Positions 39,277-48,777 of a DNA stretch of 64,000 nt are shown piece by piece. The position numbers and the translations under genes are program-made. Each line of letters starts with the position of its first letter. Positions within the stretch are counted from its first letter, which is position 1. The notes below the pieces were generated by a model, which worked only from the letters and a program-made list of their open reading frames with translations, did no database searches and was not told the origin of the DNA. The stretch spans positions 248,001 through 312,000 of IMG/VR virus record IMGVR_UViG_3300032236_001850, one strand, 5' to 3'.

Positions 39277-40221
39277 ATGATACAAGAATTATTAACAGAA
39301 AAGCTCCGACCAAAGAAGCTGGAGCATATGATATTACCATCCAGAATATCAAAGGTTTTTGAAAATGGATTGGGTCAGAATGTTTTATTAAGTGGATCTC
39401 CAGGATGTGGCAAAACTACATTAGCAAAAATATTAGCCTCCCCATTTCCCCATTTATTTATAAATGTATCCGATGAGAGCTCTGTGGAGGTCATCAGAAC
39501 TAAAATAACGGACTTTTGTTCAACTATATCCGTTATGGATGGTAAATCTTCCAAAAAGGTTGTCGTATTGGATGAGTTTGATGGTGCATCTGATCAATTT
39601 TATAAAGCATTAAGAGGAACTGTTGAAAAATATGCAGCAAACACAAGATTCATAGCAACCTGTAACTACATAAATAAAGTTCCGGATGCTATGCAAAGCC
39701 GATTTGAAGTTATTGACTTCAATCCAATAAGTACCTCTGAGGATGAAGCTTTGAAAGGGGAATGGTCGAATAGAGTAAAACTCATTCTTGGTAAGATTAA
39801 CGTTACTATAGAGGAGGAAGCACTTTCTGAATTTCAAAAGAGTTATTATCCAGATTTCAGAGCAGCACTAAATAAGATTCAAGCATGGATGATTGAAGGT
39901 GTTACTAATATAGATTCAGCTAGAGTTAAGGAGTTTGGCTGGTCATATGAACATCTTTACAATTTATTAGTTTCATCTAAGGATCCGGTTAAGAATTACC
40001 AGATGCTTGTCGGTGAATATCAAGGAAAAACTGATGATGTCATGTCAGCTCTTGGCGAAGAGTTCATAAATTGGATAATAAACAATAAACCAGAATTATC
40101 TAAAATTATACCAGCAGTTATCGTTCTCGTTGCTGAACATCAGGCTCAGAGGATCCAAGTAATAGATCCAATGGTTTCTTTGCTATCCTTATTCTTTCAA
40201 ATTCAGAAACTTATAGAATAA
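39277..40221 (+). CDS. gp44: Clamp loader ATPase subunit (T4 gp44/RFC-like)
   Basis: GSPGCGKTT, VVVLDEFD, FIATCNY, QSRF, YPDFR. Confidence 0.9.
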   Translation: MIQELLTEKLRPKKLEHMILPSRISKVFENGLGQNVLLSGSPGCGKTTLAKILASPFPHLFINVSDESSVEVIRTKITDFCSTISVMDGKSSKKVVVLDEFDGASDQFYKALRGTVEKYAANTRFIATCNYINKVPDAMQSRFEVIDFNPISTSEDEALKGEWSNRVKLILGKINVTIEEEALSEFQKSYYPDFRAALNKIQAWMIEGVTNIDSARVKEFGWSYEHLYNLLVSSKDPVKNYQMLVGEYQGKTDDVMSALGEEFINWIINNKPELSKIIPAVIVLVAEHQAQRIQVIDPMVSLLSLFFQIQKLIE

Positions 40222-40742
40222 TGGATAATAAAAGAATTATATTAGTTGGAAAGGGTGCATGTGGTAAAGATTATGCAAGACAACAATTAGAAAATTACGG
40301 CTTTAGATACTGTGTTTCCCATACAACCAGACCTCCTAGGGAAGGTGAAATAAATGGTACCGATTATCATTTTATAAGTTTGGATTCTGCAATACATCAT
40401 TTTATTGCAAAGAATCTGTTTTACGAGTATGTAGAATTTAATGGCTGGATATATGGGACTACCATAGAGGAATTTCAAAAATCTAATCTTTTTATCATGA
40501 CTCCAGGGGGTATAAGTAAATTAAAAACCTTTGATAGGGAGGAATCATGGATAGTCTATATAGATATACCAGAAAACATCAGAAGGGAGAGACTACTCAA
40601 ACGTAACGATGCTGATGATGTCGAGAGAAGATTGGCTGCTGACGAAAAAGATTTTGAAAACTTTACTGATTTTGACGCTAGAATAACTGATCCTAACTTT
40701 AATATAGAAGGTGAATTAAAATGGATAAACTTATCCAATTAA
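40221..40742 (+). CDS. gmk: Guanylate kinase
   Basis: GKGACGKD, VSHTTRPPREGEINGTDYHF. Confidence 0.85.
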   Translation: MDNKRIILVGKGACGKDYARQQLENYGFRYCVSHTTRPPREGEINGTDYHFISLDSAIHHFIAKNLFYEYVEFNGWIYGTTIEEFQKSNLFIMTPGGISKLKTFDREESWIVYIDIPENIRRERLLKRNDADDVERRLAADEKDFENFTDFDARITDPNFNIEGELKWINLSN

Positions 40743-40758
40743 TTAAAAAAAATTAATA

Positions 40759-41913
40759 ATGATAAACATATGTATAGATGGTAATCACCATTTCCATAAA
40801 ACCTTTGGAGTTTTTGCAGGTTATGGAAATCTTGATCCAGGAAAGGTCCTTAAGGAAAAATCGGAACAAGCTGCTTTTATAAGAAAAGTTGCTACTGATC
40901 TTTGTGCATCTCTTAAAATGCTTCCACAAGGTGGAAGAATGATATTTACTGCGGATAGCAGAAGTTGGAGAAAGGACGTTGAGATAGAGGATGGCGGGTA
41001 TAAATCAGGGAGAGTAAAAGATGAAAATGTGGATTGGACTATATTCTTTGAACTTATGGCATCCTTTGGTGAGCAATTAGAAAAAATGGGATTTATATTT
41101 TCAAGGGTTGAAGGAGCGGAGGGAGACGATCTTCTGATGTTTTGGTCCGATTATTTCAATTTGCTTGGTGAAAACTGTTTAATTATAAGCGGGGATCACG
41201 ATATGCACCAATTAGCAAAAATGAATGATAAGGCTTGGACTGCTGTTTGGAATACAAATTCTAAAAAGAATATGCTTTCTGTGCATGGTGGATGGGAGAA
41301 TGAATGGTTGAATAAGAATGAATCTGTTGGAATGAGTATATTTAATATGTCATCCGCAATTTCACCAGAGAAGGATAGATTTAAGGAATTTCTAAAAAAA
41401 GTAAATATAGAAAAAATTGATAGCTACGCTTTTATATTTCATAAGATACTAATTGGTGATGATGGTGATTCTGTTCCTAGTGTTTGGGAATATAAAGTTA
41501 AGGACAAAAATGGTGAAGATAAGGTTGTTAGGTTTACTGACAGTAAAGCAAAGAAAGTTTATTCTGCATTTCTTGAAACTGAATGGATTAATATACCATT
41601 TGATAAACTAATTAAAAATCAGGATTTTCTTAATTGGATAAGCGGTTTAATTCTGAGAACAACTAAAGATCTTGATAGCATGGACAATAGAAAGAAAGTT
41701 TCTAGTAATCTTGAAAGAAATTTAATTCTTATGTGGCTTAATCATAAAGTTATTCCGCAGTTTGTCATTAAGGGTGCATCTCAAGAAATTTTAAGAGGGA
41801 TGGAGATGCAAAAGAAAAATGTTACTCTCGATCGCATAAAAATACTTGAAGGTAGCGAATGGGTAACTTCTGGATATCAACCGAAAGGATTTGATCCTTT
41901 CTCATATTTATAA
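40759..41913 (+). CDS. 5'-3' exonuclease / RNase H (FEN/PIN fold)
   Basis: IDGN, D..SWRK, YK..R, EGDD, SGDHD..QL, ILIGD.GD.VP. Confidence 0.8.
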   Translation: MINICIDGNHHFHKTFGVFAGYGNLDPGKVLKEKSEQAAFIRKVATDLCASLKMLPQGGRMIFTADSRSWRKDVEIEDGGYKSGRVKDENVDWTIFFELMASFGEQLEKMGFIFSRVEGAEGDDLLMFWSDYFNLLGENCLIISGDHDMHQLAKMNDKAWTAVWNTNSKKNMLSVHGGWENEWLNKNESVGMSIFNMSSAISPEKDRFKEFLKKVNIEKIDSYAFIFHKILIGDDGDSVPSVWEYKVKDKNGEDKVVRFTDSKAKKVYSAFLETEWINIPFDKLIKNQDFLNWISGLILRTTKDLDSMDNRKKVSSNLERNLILMWLNHKVIPQFVIKGASQEILRGMEMQKKNVTLDRIKILEGSEWVTSGYQPKGFDPFSYL

Positions 41914-41915
41914 AA

Positions 41916-42338
41916 ATGGAACTTTTTGATATAGTAAAAAATATATTCTCAAAAAATCAAAGAATCTGGGATTCCGTAGGAAAAAACGACAAGACTCGTA
42001 ATTTTTTTATGATCAACAGAATAATGGCTATACAGTTTCCTGTACAAGCAAACCAATTCAACAAAATGAGGGTTACTCCACATTTTGTTGTCGATTGGTG
42101 GAGAAACACATTATCTAATAGATTTTCAAAACCACCAACCTGGATATACACGAAAACAATAAAGAAAGAAACTGTAAATAAAAAAACAAAAACATCAGAT
42201 TATAGCGAAGTTGAAAATTTTATTTGTGATAAATATAAGATATCCAAGAGGGATCTTCTGCAAATAAAGGAATTCTATCCCGATAGATATAATGCCTGGA
42301 TGATTGACGTTGCAGATCAGTTAGGTTTAAAAAAATAG
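41916..42338 (+). CDS. Probable clamp loader small subunit (T4 gp62-like)
   Basis: FMINRIMA...ANQFN...W..K...ICDKYKIS resembles gp62 (FIINR.LS...ANEMN...KW.K...EYYGYS). Confidence 0.5.
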   Translation: MELFDIVKNIFSKNQRIWDSVGKNDKTRNFFMINRIMAIQFPVQANQFNKMRVTPHFVVDWWRNTLSNRFSKPPTWIYTKTIKKETVNKKTKTSDYSEVENFICDKYKISKRDLLQIKEFYPDRYNAWMIDVADQLGLKK

Positions 42339-42349
42339 ATATATAGAGG

Positions 42350-42886
42350 ATGAAAAAGGAAACCGATAAAGTTATTGATAAGATCCTTTCCGGGATGGAT
42401 TGGGATGTTATATTTGAGGTTAATAAATGTTTTAAACATGGTGTCGGTGACGGGGTATCTGTCATTCCTGGTGTTAAAAGAAAAGCATTTGCCGACGGAA
42501 TCACTAAAAATGATTTAAAAAATGAATTAAAAAGTCTCCTTAAGTATGTCATAGAAAACAATATTCCTGAATTAATATACGGTTATTGGATGATATTTTG
42601 GAATAATCCTTTATGGACTGATGAATATCTTGATGAAATCAAGGAAGAAATGGGTGAGGATGAGAGTGATCTAATAGGAGATCTTATAATAGATCCAACA
42701 TTAGAGGTAATATATTCTCCTCAAAGAATGTACATCATAGCTAATAATATAAAAAATCAACAGGAGACTGTAAGTACAGATTCCGATGCTCTTGAGACAA
42801 TGTTAAATAAAGCACTTGGTGATGAAAAATTTGAACTTGCTGCTAAGATAAGAGACGTTATCAATTTGCAGAAGGATCAAAAGTAA
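42350..42886 (+). CDS. Hypothetical protein with C-terminal UVR (UvrB/UvrC) motif
   Basis: LNKALGDEKFELAAKIRDVI. Confidence 0.65.
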   Translation: MKKETDKVIDKILSGMDWDVIFEVNKCFKHGVGDGVSVIPGVKRKAFADGITKNDLKNELKSLLKYVIENNIPELIYGYWMIFWNNPLWTDEYLDEIKEEMGEDESDLIGDLIIDPTLEVIYSPQRMYIIANNIKNQQETVSTDSDALETMLNKALGDEKFELAAKIRDVINLQKDQK

Positions 42887-42901
42887 AATAATAATCTTTA
42901 G

Positions 42902-43381
42902 ATGAAACACATTAAGAGCATATACGAGTACCTTGACGGCGGAGTATTTGGTGACACGTACGGTCTAGGTAGCGGTAACGGTGTTATGAAAGTTAGTTAT
43001 AAACCATATAACGATCTTTCAGTATCCGTTGGTCCTGATCCTAATATAGATAGAACTGTGAAAGGTTCAGAATTTCAGCTTGGTGATGTTGTAGAATCAC
43101 AACCCTTGGATTCTAAGAAAAAGGTTATTGGTGTTATAGTGAGATGTTTCAGAAACCCAGACAATAAGCAATATAGATACTTTATACAAGCTTATTATAA
43201 GGGTAAGAAAAGTAAGAAAATCATAGAAATAAAATCAGATTGTATTAAATTTGCTGAAGGTGGAGATCATGGAAACATGGAAACAATATCAAAATCTAAA
43301 GCAAGTGATATACCAGGATCAGCTTATAATTCTAAAACTGTTTATGGATCTAGTGAATTAGGTCAAGAAAACAACGTTTAG
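42902..43381 (+). CDS. Hypothetical protein, capsid-targeting-like N-terminus
   Basis: MKHIKSIYE|YL. Confidence 0.6.
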   Translation: MKHIKSIYEYLDGGVFGDTYGLGSGNGVMKVSYKPYNDLSVSVGPDPNIDRTVKGSEFQLGDVVESQPLDSKKKVIGVIVRCFRNPDNKQYRYFIQAYYKGKKSKKIIEIKSDCIKFAEGGDHGNMETISKSKASDIPGSAYNSKTVYGSSELGQENNV

Positions 43382-43382
43382 A

Positions 43383-43410
43383 GAAACCAATTCAATCATT
43401 TATAGTACAA
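43383..43410 (+). promoter_or_regulatory. Putative middle promoter GAAAC...AGTACAA
   Basis: Shared motif class upstream of 43427. Confidence 0.45.
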
Positions 43411-43426
43411 ATAAGAAACCCTATAG

Positions 43427-44332
43427 ATGATATTCGGACACAATCAAACAAACATATCGTATCTTGGTATCCCCAAGAAATCAATAACAGTAGACAAGAG
43501 GATATGCTCATATGAGGATATCCTCGATCTTATTTTGGCACTATGCATTGTCAATTCTAAAATATCCTCAAAAATAGTTTGTCTAAATCTTGGTGAACTT
43601 GAAATAACTGGTGAATTCCTGAATTCTGATTTTATAGAGGAGGAAGATCCAATTATATCCGAAAGAATAAACGAGATAAACTCCATAATAAATAAGAACT
43701 CCATGAGAGTTGTATTTTTTATAGGAAAGGATTATTTTTTAGGTAGTCAGCTTGAGGAGGTTAAGGAAAAAACAATAAAAGTTTTAAACAAACTTTCGGA
43801 TGTCCTAGAAGCTATAGGTATGAATGGTCCATCAATTGTTATAAGAATTGGATCAGCATACGGGAACAGAAAAAGAACAATGTCCGAGTTTTGTACCATG
43901 ACCAAGAAGCTGAATTATTCAACAATACAAAGATTGACCGTAATGAATGACGAGAAACCTAGTTTATTCTCTATTACGGATCTACTCTCTGGGGTTTACT
44001 ACGAAACCGGTATTCCTTTATGTTTTAGAATATTACCACATCAATTTAACGACGGTGGTTTAACAATAAGGGAAGCCATGTTTCTTGCAGCTTCAACATG
44101 GAAAGTTAATTCAAAACCTTTCTTTTTTCATTCGGAAGCATCTGATATTGATAGCAATGGTAAAGCATTATCTCCCGAATGTTCAGATTCACTAACTATG
44201 AGAATACCAACATTCGGTCTTGATATTGATGTTATAATCGATTCACCAAGCAGAGAACTTTGCTATCTTGGTTACCTGAAATCCCATAGAGGTTTACCTC
44301 CAACTGTTATTAATAAAATTTCAAAGAAATAA
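43427..44332 (+). CDS. UvdE/UvsE UV-damage endonuclease homologue with degenerate active site
   Basis: IGSAYGNRK, RLTVMNDEK.SLFS, IPLCF, GGL..REA..LA.STW, GLDIDVII follow the UvdE pattern. Confidence 0.7.
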   Translation: MIFGHNQTNISYLGIPKKSITVDKRICSYEDILDLILALCIVNSKISSKIVCLNLGELEITGEFLNSDFIEEEDPIISERINEINSIINKNSMRVVFFIGKDYFLGSQLEEVKEKTIKVLNKLSDVLEAIGMNGPSIVIRIGSAYGNRKRTMSEFCTMTKKLNYSTIQRLTVMNDEKPSLFSITDLLSGVYYETGIPLCFRILPHQFNDGGLTIREAMFLAASTWKVNSKPFFFHSEASDIDSNGKALSPECSDSLTMRIPTFGLDIDVIIDSPSRELCYLGYLKSHRGLPPTVINKISKK

Positions 44333-44335
44333 TTT

Positions 44336-44363
44336 TTATTTCCGTAATTATTGATTATATTTG
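44336..44363 (+). promoter_or_regulatory. Putative early promoter, Bacteroidota-type TAnnTTTG
   Basis: TTATTTCCG then TATATTTG at 44356-44363, upstream of the 3'-5' exonuclease. Confidence 0.55.
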
Positions 44364-44378
44364 GATAAAATTATAATT

Positions 44379-45077
44379 ATGTTCAAACTAGAAACAATAG
44401 AAAATTACCTTTATTTTGATGTTGAAACAGTCTGCTCAGAGAAGGATCTTTCAACACTACAGATTAAAAATCCAAGACTTGCTGAGCTATGGAAAAAAAG
44501 AGCCACTTATTACAGAGGTGCCAATCCTGAGATCTCACAATGGAGTGATGATGATGTATATCTAGCTAAGGCATCACTGGAACCTGAATTTTCTAGAGTT
44601 GTTTGTGTTTCCTTTGGATCTTTTAGTAATGGAGAAAAAGTTTTTAAATCTTTTTACGGAACCGATGAAATAGACATTTTAGAAAAAAGTAACAAAGTTT
44701 TTAATAACGCATTGGCAAAAAATTGGAAATTATGTGGACATAACATAAAGGGTTTTGATGTACCTTGTTTAGGTAAGAGAATGGTTTATAATGGTATAAA
44801 TCCATCTTTAAATTTGCAGGTATGGGATAAAAAACCCTGGGAAATACCTTATATTGATACCTCAGATGTTTTTGCTTTTGGAAGCTGGACTCAACAAAAA
44901 TACCTAAGTCTGGATCTTCTCTCGTGTTCACTTGGTATTAAATCACCCAAAGAAAATATGGATGGCTCCAAAGTTAATGAACATTTTTGGAATAATCAAG
45001 CATATGAGGAGATAAAGGATTATTGCGAGATAGATGTCAGAACAGTCATGGACGTTCTCCAGAAAGTCTGCTTCTAA
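44379..45077 (+). CDS. 3'-5' exonuclease (DnaQ/PolB-exo-like)
   Basis: FDVETV, GHNIKGFDVP, YCEIDV (DEDD motifs). Confidence 0.85.
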   Translation: MFKLETIENYLYFDVETVCSEKDLSTLQIKNPRLAELWKKRATYYRGANPEISQWSDDDVYLAKASLEPEFSRVVCVSFGSFSNGEKVFKSFYGTDEIDILEKSNKVFNNALAKNWKLCGHNIKGFDVPCLGKRMVYNGINPSLNLQVWDKKPWEIPYIDTSDVFAFGSWTQQKYLSLDLLSCSLGIKSPKENMDGSKVNEHFWNNQAYEEIKDYCEIDVRTVMDVLQKVCF

Positions 45078-45095
45078 AAAACAATCAAATACATT

Positions 45096-45132
45096 AAAGC
45101 TTTCCTTGGATATATAAAGGAAAGCTTTTTTT
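45096..45132 (+). terminator. Terminator hairpin whose loop is the late promoter motif
   Basis: AAAGCTTTCCTT-GGATATATA-AAGGAAAGCTTT plus T-run. Confidence 0.7.
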
Positions 45133-45948
45133 GTGGACAAAATATTCAATTTTAATTTATTTATAGAAAATGATGGTGACTCAATTTTTGAAAAGAAAGT
45201 TGGAGCATTCTATCATGATGAATTAAATCCAATTTTCTGGAAAAAGAAAAAGGATAAAAATGGAAATATCGAATGGGTATTCGATCAGCGAGTTAGAAGA
45301 AAACTTTTAAGAATAGCTAACGATTTCTATGAAAAATACTCCGAATTGTTAAAAGGAAGAGTAATAAAGGACATCCAACTAACCGGATCCTTATCTAATT
45401 ATAACTACACTAATTTCTCTGATCTTGATGTACATATCATTGTAAATCTTGATGGTATAGATGACGAGAATCCAAAAATACTTAAGACTGCCATTGATGG
45501 TATAAGATTTGTCTGGAATCTTAGACATAATATATCAATTAGAGGATATGACACCGAACTATATCTTCAGAGTGAGGATGAACCACATGACTCATCCGGT
45601 CTTTTCTCACTATTAAATAATGAATGGATAAAGACACCAGTATTTTCACCGCCTGTAGTGGATGAGATGGATGTGAATAAAAAGTATGGATCCATAGTTT
45701 TTGAGATAGACAAATTACAAACGAAATTAAGAGATCTTTCGGATCTTCCAAGTAATGCCAAGTCTTTATACAAAAGATGTATTAAACTTAAAGATAAGAT
45801 CCAAAAAATGAGGAAAGAAAGCCTTTCTAGAGACGGTGAGATGTCAATTGGTAATCTTGTATTTAAAAAGCTAAGAAATGAGGGATATATAGAAAAATTA
45901 ATAGATACCATATCTAAATCTTACGATAAAATTTACACTGAAAAATAA
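45133..45948 (+). CDS. Pol-beta-superfamily nucleotidyltransferase with capsid-targeting-like N-terminus
   Basis: LTGSLSNYNYTNFSDLDVHI (GS...DxD) and GYDTELY; N-terminus MDKIFNFNLFIE|ND (GTG start). Confidence 0.7.
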   Translation: MDKIFNFNLFIENDGDSIFEKKVGAFYHDELNPIFWKKKKDKNGNIEWVFDQRVRRKLLRIANDFYEKYSELLKGRVIKDIQLTGSLSNYNYTNFSDLDVHIIVNLDGIDDENPKILKTAIDGIRFVWNLRHNISIRGYDTELYLQSEDEPHDSSGLFSLLNNEWIKTPVFSPPVVDEMDVNKKYGSIVFEIDKLQTKLRDLSDLPSNAKSLYKRCIKLKDKIQKMRKESLSRDGEMSIGNLVFKKLRNEGYIEKLIDTISKSYDKIYTEK

Positions 45949-45956
45949 TTTGAATT

Positions 45957-48740
45957 ATGAATATAATTTTACCTAAAGCTGGAAAATATAACATGGGTGA
46001 TGACTTTCCTATGATAAGTATTCCAACTGATATATCATCACTTAACCCAGAGGAAAAAACATTCGATGATTTTCAATGGTGGGCACAAACAAGTGAGTTC
46101 AAAAAGTGGATGGACAAAAATAAGAGAGAATGGCAAGCTGATTCTGAGGATATGTCTAAATATGGTGGTTCAATAACAGATATAATTAAGGAACATGTTG
46201 AATCATACATTCTTGATAATCAATTGAATGAATCTGATGTTCTTTCTTTTAATGAATTTGATACCATTAACGAGGCTGACGAGAATGCTCTTTCTGAGGA
46301 TGCAAAAAAAGGTATTAAATTTCATTATGCTTACAATAAACTCAAATCAGAAGGAAAATTAAAAAATATAACAAATGTTGATGCAGATTTTCCTACTGGT
46401 GCTGAAAAAGCAGTTTTTATAAGTATGGAAGATCAGGAGACTAAAAAAAATATAGATGAGACATTGAAAGCCTTCAAAATGATAGGTTTACAAAGCTCTT
46501 CTGAATCAAAAGTAAAAATAATTTCAGTTACTGAATCTCTACCTGGCGGAAAATTAGATCCTGATACAACTATGCAGGAACTTGTTGAGGGAATGTTAAA
46601 AACAGCTGGTGAATATGCTGCTATTGGTGTTGGTGTAGGTATAGCATGGGCGGTATTAAAAAGAGTTGGTTACGGGGTTAGCGCTGGATATGTTCTTAAA
46701 AAAATAAAAGGCCTTGCTCCTGTAGCCAAGGAAGGCGAGGAAGTGGTAAAAACAACAGGGGCTTTAGCTAAAGCCGGTAAATATGTTAAGGGTCTTGCAT
46801 CCGGAGGTATTAAAAAAGTTAAAGTTCTTGGTAGTGGATTGGTGGATCTTGCTCAATTTAAGAATATAAGAAATGCGGGGGTTGGTGCTTATAAGGGTTT
46901 TACATCATCCTTTAAATTTACTAGAGGTCAATCGTCAGCAACAAGAATAGGAAAGGCTTTATTAAAGGGTAAAAATTTAGGTGCCGAGGGTGCTGTTAAA
47001 ATAGCAACAGAAGCCGGTGCTAAGGGAGCTTCTAGATTTATCCCCTTTGTCGGCGAAGTTCTTTTAGCAATAGACGCCATTGGGTCAACTTTCAACTGGT
47101 TTGGTACAAATCAAGCACCAAAATGGGATGAAATTGAAGGAACTATTGCAACAGGTAAGGGTGGTAAAGAATTCGATCCTGGTAAAATAGCGGATGGTAC
47201 TTCAATTACGATATGCTGGAGACAACCGGCAGGAACCGGTCTTGGTATCGCTGCAAGTTTTGCTTGGAATAATGATACAAGAACAACAGCCGAATTATTT
47301 AAGATTGGTAAGGGTAAGGATGGTGATTCCATATTTATATTAACTGCAATAAATTCTAAGGAATACCAAAAAGCTCTATCCGATCATGCAGTTACGTTAG
47401 TATCCATTAAGAATGGTCCTATAAATTCACAGAGTGGATTTTCAGCATTAAGAAGAATCGTTGATAATGAGGATATGGACGTTAAAGTAGCTTATTTAGA
47501 TACTCCAGATAAGATTGCAAGTAGTTTTAATTTTATGGGTATATGTGACTGGAATCTTCTTATGCAATATTACGATCAGGCATCTGATCAGTATTTAATA
47601 ACAGATAGTAATGCTCCAGAAACATACGAATATTACTATCAGACAGCAAGAAAGGATTATGTGAACGTTTCTGGTAAGCTTCTAAATAATGAAGAATTAG
47701 GTGCAAAAAGTATTACTGATATAGATGAAATATTCGCAGATTCTAATAAAAAATTAAATAATAAAAAGCCTGAGGAGAAAGAAACTGAAAAAAAGAAGGA
47801 AAAACATGTTGTTAATCCTGGAGATAATGGACCACCTAAATACGATGAAAAGAAGCAGGGTGCAACAGGATCTTCTGAGCCTAAGGTAAATGATTCCGAA
47901 AATAACAAGGAACTTTGGATGGTTCCTATGATCTCTGAAGCATCTAATAGTGGTTTAGTTATTCGTAAGTTTTCTGAATTTGAGGATGTTCTTGAATATG
48001 TAAATACCATAGGTAAATACCCGGAACATATGAAAATTAACGAGAGTAAAGGTGATGATGTATTAAGACCGACCGCGGAGGAAGCATCAGGCCCTGCCAA
48101 ACTAGCAGTATATGACGTTACAAGTATGCAATATGCAAACCCTGCAGATAAACAATATACACCAAATGCCTTCAAATACTTCATCATAGGTCCTGATGAT
48201 TTTGATGCCAAAGTTGGATCCAGTATAGAGGTAGGTATTAGTACAGATGAGACCTTAATAGATCCTAGAAGAGGTGTTTATGAATACAAGGAAGAGGTTA
48301 AGAAGAAAGACGAGGAAGAAGGAAAAACGTCAACGAATCCTGAAGAGAATCCAAAACAAAATGACGAAGAATCTGGTGACGACCAAACAAAGCCTAGAAA
48401 GGATGATTACTTCATAACAGCAGATCCTGATGATATAAGCATTAAAAACAGAAAGAATGCTACAGTGATAAGGGATCATAATTTCAAGGGCGGTATAAAC
48501 ATTGTGGACGAATTCCTTACAGATAAGGAAAAAGAAGTTTTAGGAATACCTACATGGAAAGCAATAACATTAGCTAAAACATTCATGAATGGACAAGGTG
48601 AAGTTATAAAAGTTAAGCTTAAAAATAGATATGCTCCTATGTTTAATACTGTAAAAACATATGAAGTTAGGGATGGTGAAGCTTTCCAAATTGCTAAAAA
48701 ATTCGCTAAAGAGGTTGAAGATAGAATAAAATTTCAATAA
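45957..48740 (+). CDS. Large putative internal virion/ejection protein
   Basis: Gly/Ala-rich hydrophobic segments (AAIGVGVGIAWAVL; IPFVGEVLLAIDAIG); several (L/I)NE sites. Confidence 0.55.
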   Translation: MNIILPKAGKYNMGDDFPMISIPTDISSLNPEEKTFDDFQWWAQTSEFKKWMDKNKREWQADSEDMSKYGGSITDIIKEHVESYILDNQLNESDVLSFNEFDTINEADENALSEDAKKGIKFHYAYNKLKSEGKLKNITNVDADFPTGAEKAVFISMEDQETKKNIDETLKAFKMIGLQSSSESKVKIISVTESLPGGKLDPDTTMQELVEGMLKTAGEYAAIGVGVGIAWAVLKRVGYGVSAGYVLKKIKGLAPVAKEGEEVVKTTGALAKAGKYVKGLASGGIKKVKVLGSGLVDLAQFKNIRNAGVGAYKGFTSSFKFTRGQSSATRIGKALLKGKNLGAEGAVKIATEAGAKGASRFIPFVGEVLLAIDAIGSTFNWFGTNQAPKWDEIEGTIATGKGGKEFDPGKIADGTSITICWRQPAGTGLGIAASFAWNNDTRTTAELFKIGKGKDGDSIFILTAINSKEYQKALSDHAVTLVSIKNGPINSQSGFSALRRIVDNEDMDVKVAYLDTPDKIASSFNFMGICDWNLLMQYYDQASDQYLITDSNAPETYEYYYQTARKDYVNVSGKLLNNEELGAKSITDIDEIFADSNKKLNNKKPEEKETEKKKEKHVVNPGDNGPPKYDEKKQGATGSSEPKVNDSENNKELWMVPMISEASNSGLVIRKFSEFEDVLEYVNTIGKYPEHMKINESKGDDVLRPTAEEASGPAKLAVYDVTSMQYANPADKQYTPNAFKYFIIGPDDFDAKVGSSIEVGISTDETLIDPRRGVYEYKEEVKKKDEEEGKTSTNPEENPKQNDEESGDDQTKPRKDDYFITADPDDISIKNRKNATVIRDHNFKGGINIVDEFLTDKEKEVLGIPTWKAITLAKTFMNGQGEVIKVKLKNRYAPMFNTVKTYEVRDGEAFQIAKKFAKEVEDRIKFQ

Positions 48741-48777
48741 TTCAATAAAAAATCGAAAAAATACAGATATATCCGTT

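Noticed and set aside
47657-48211. 184-aa minus-strand ORF and similar Ser/Leu/Phe-rich antisense ORFs throughout
   Set aside because: Composition mirrors the reverse complement of Lys/Glu-rich sense genes; no independent signals
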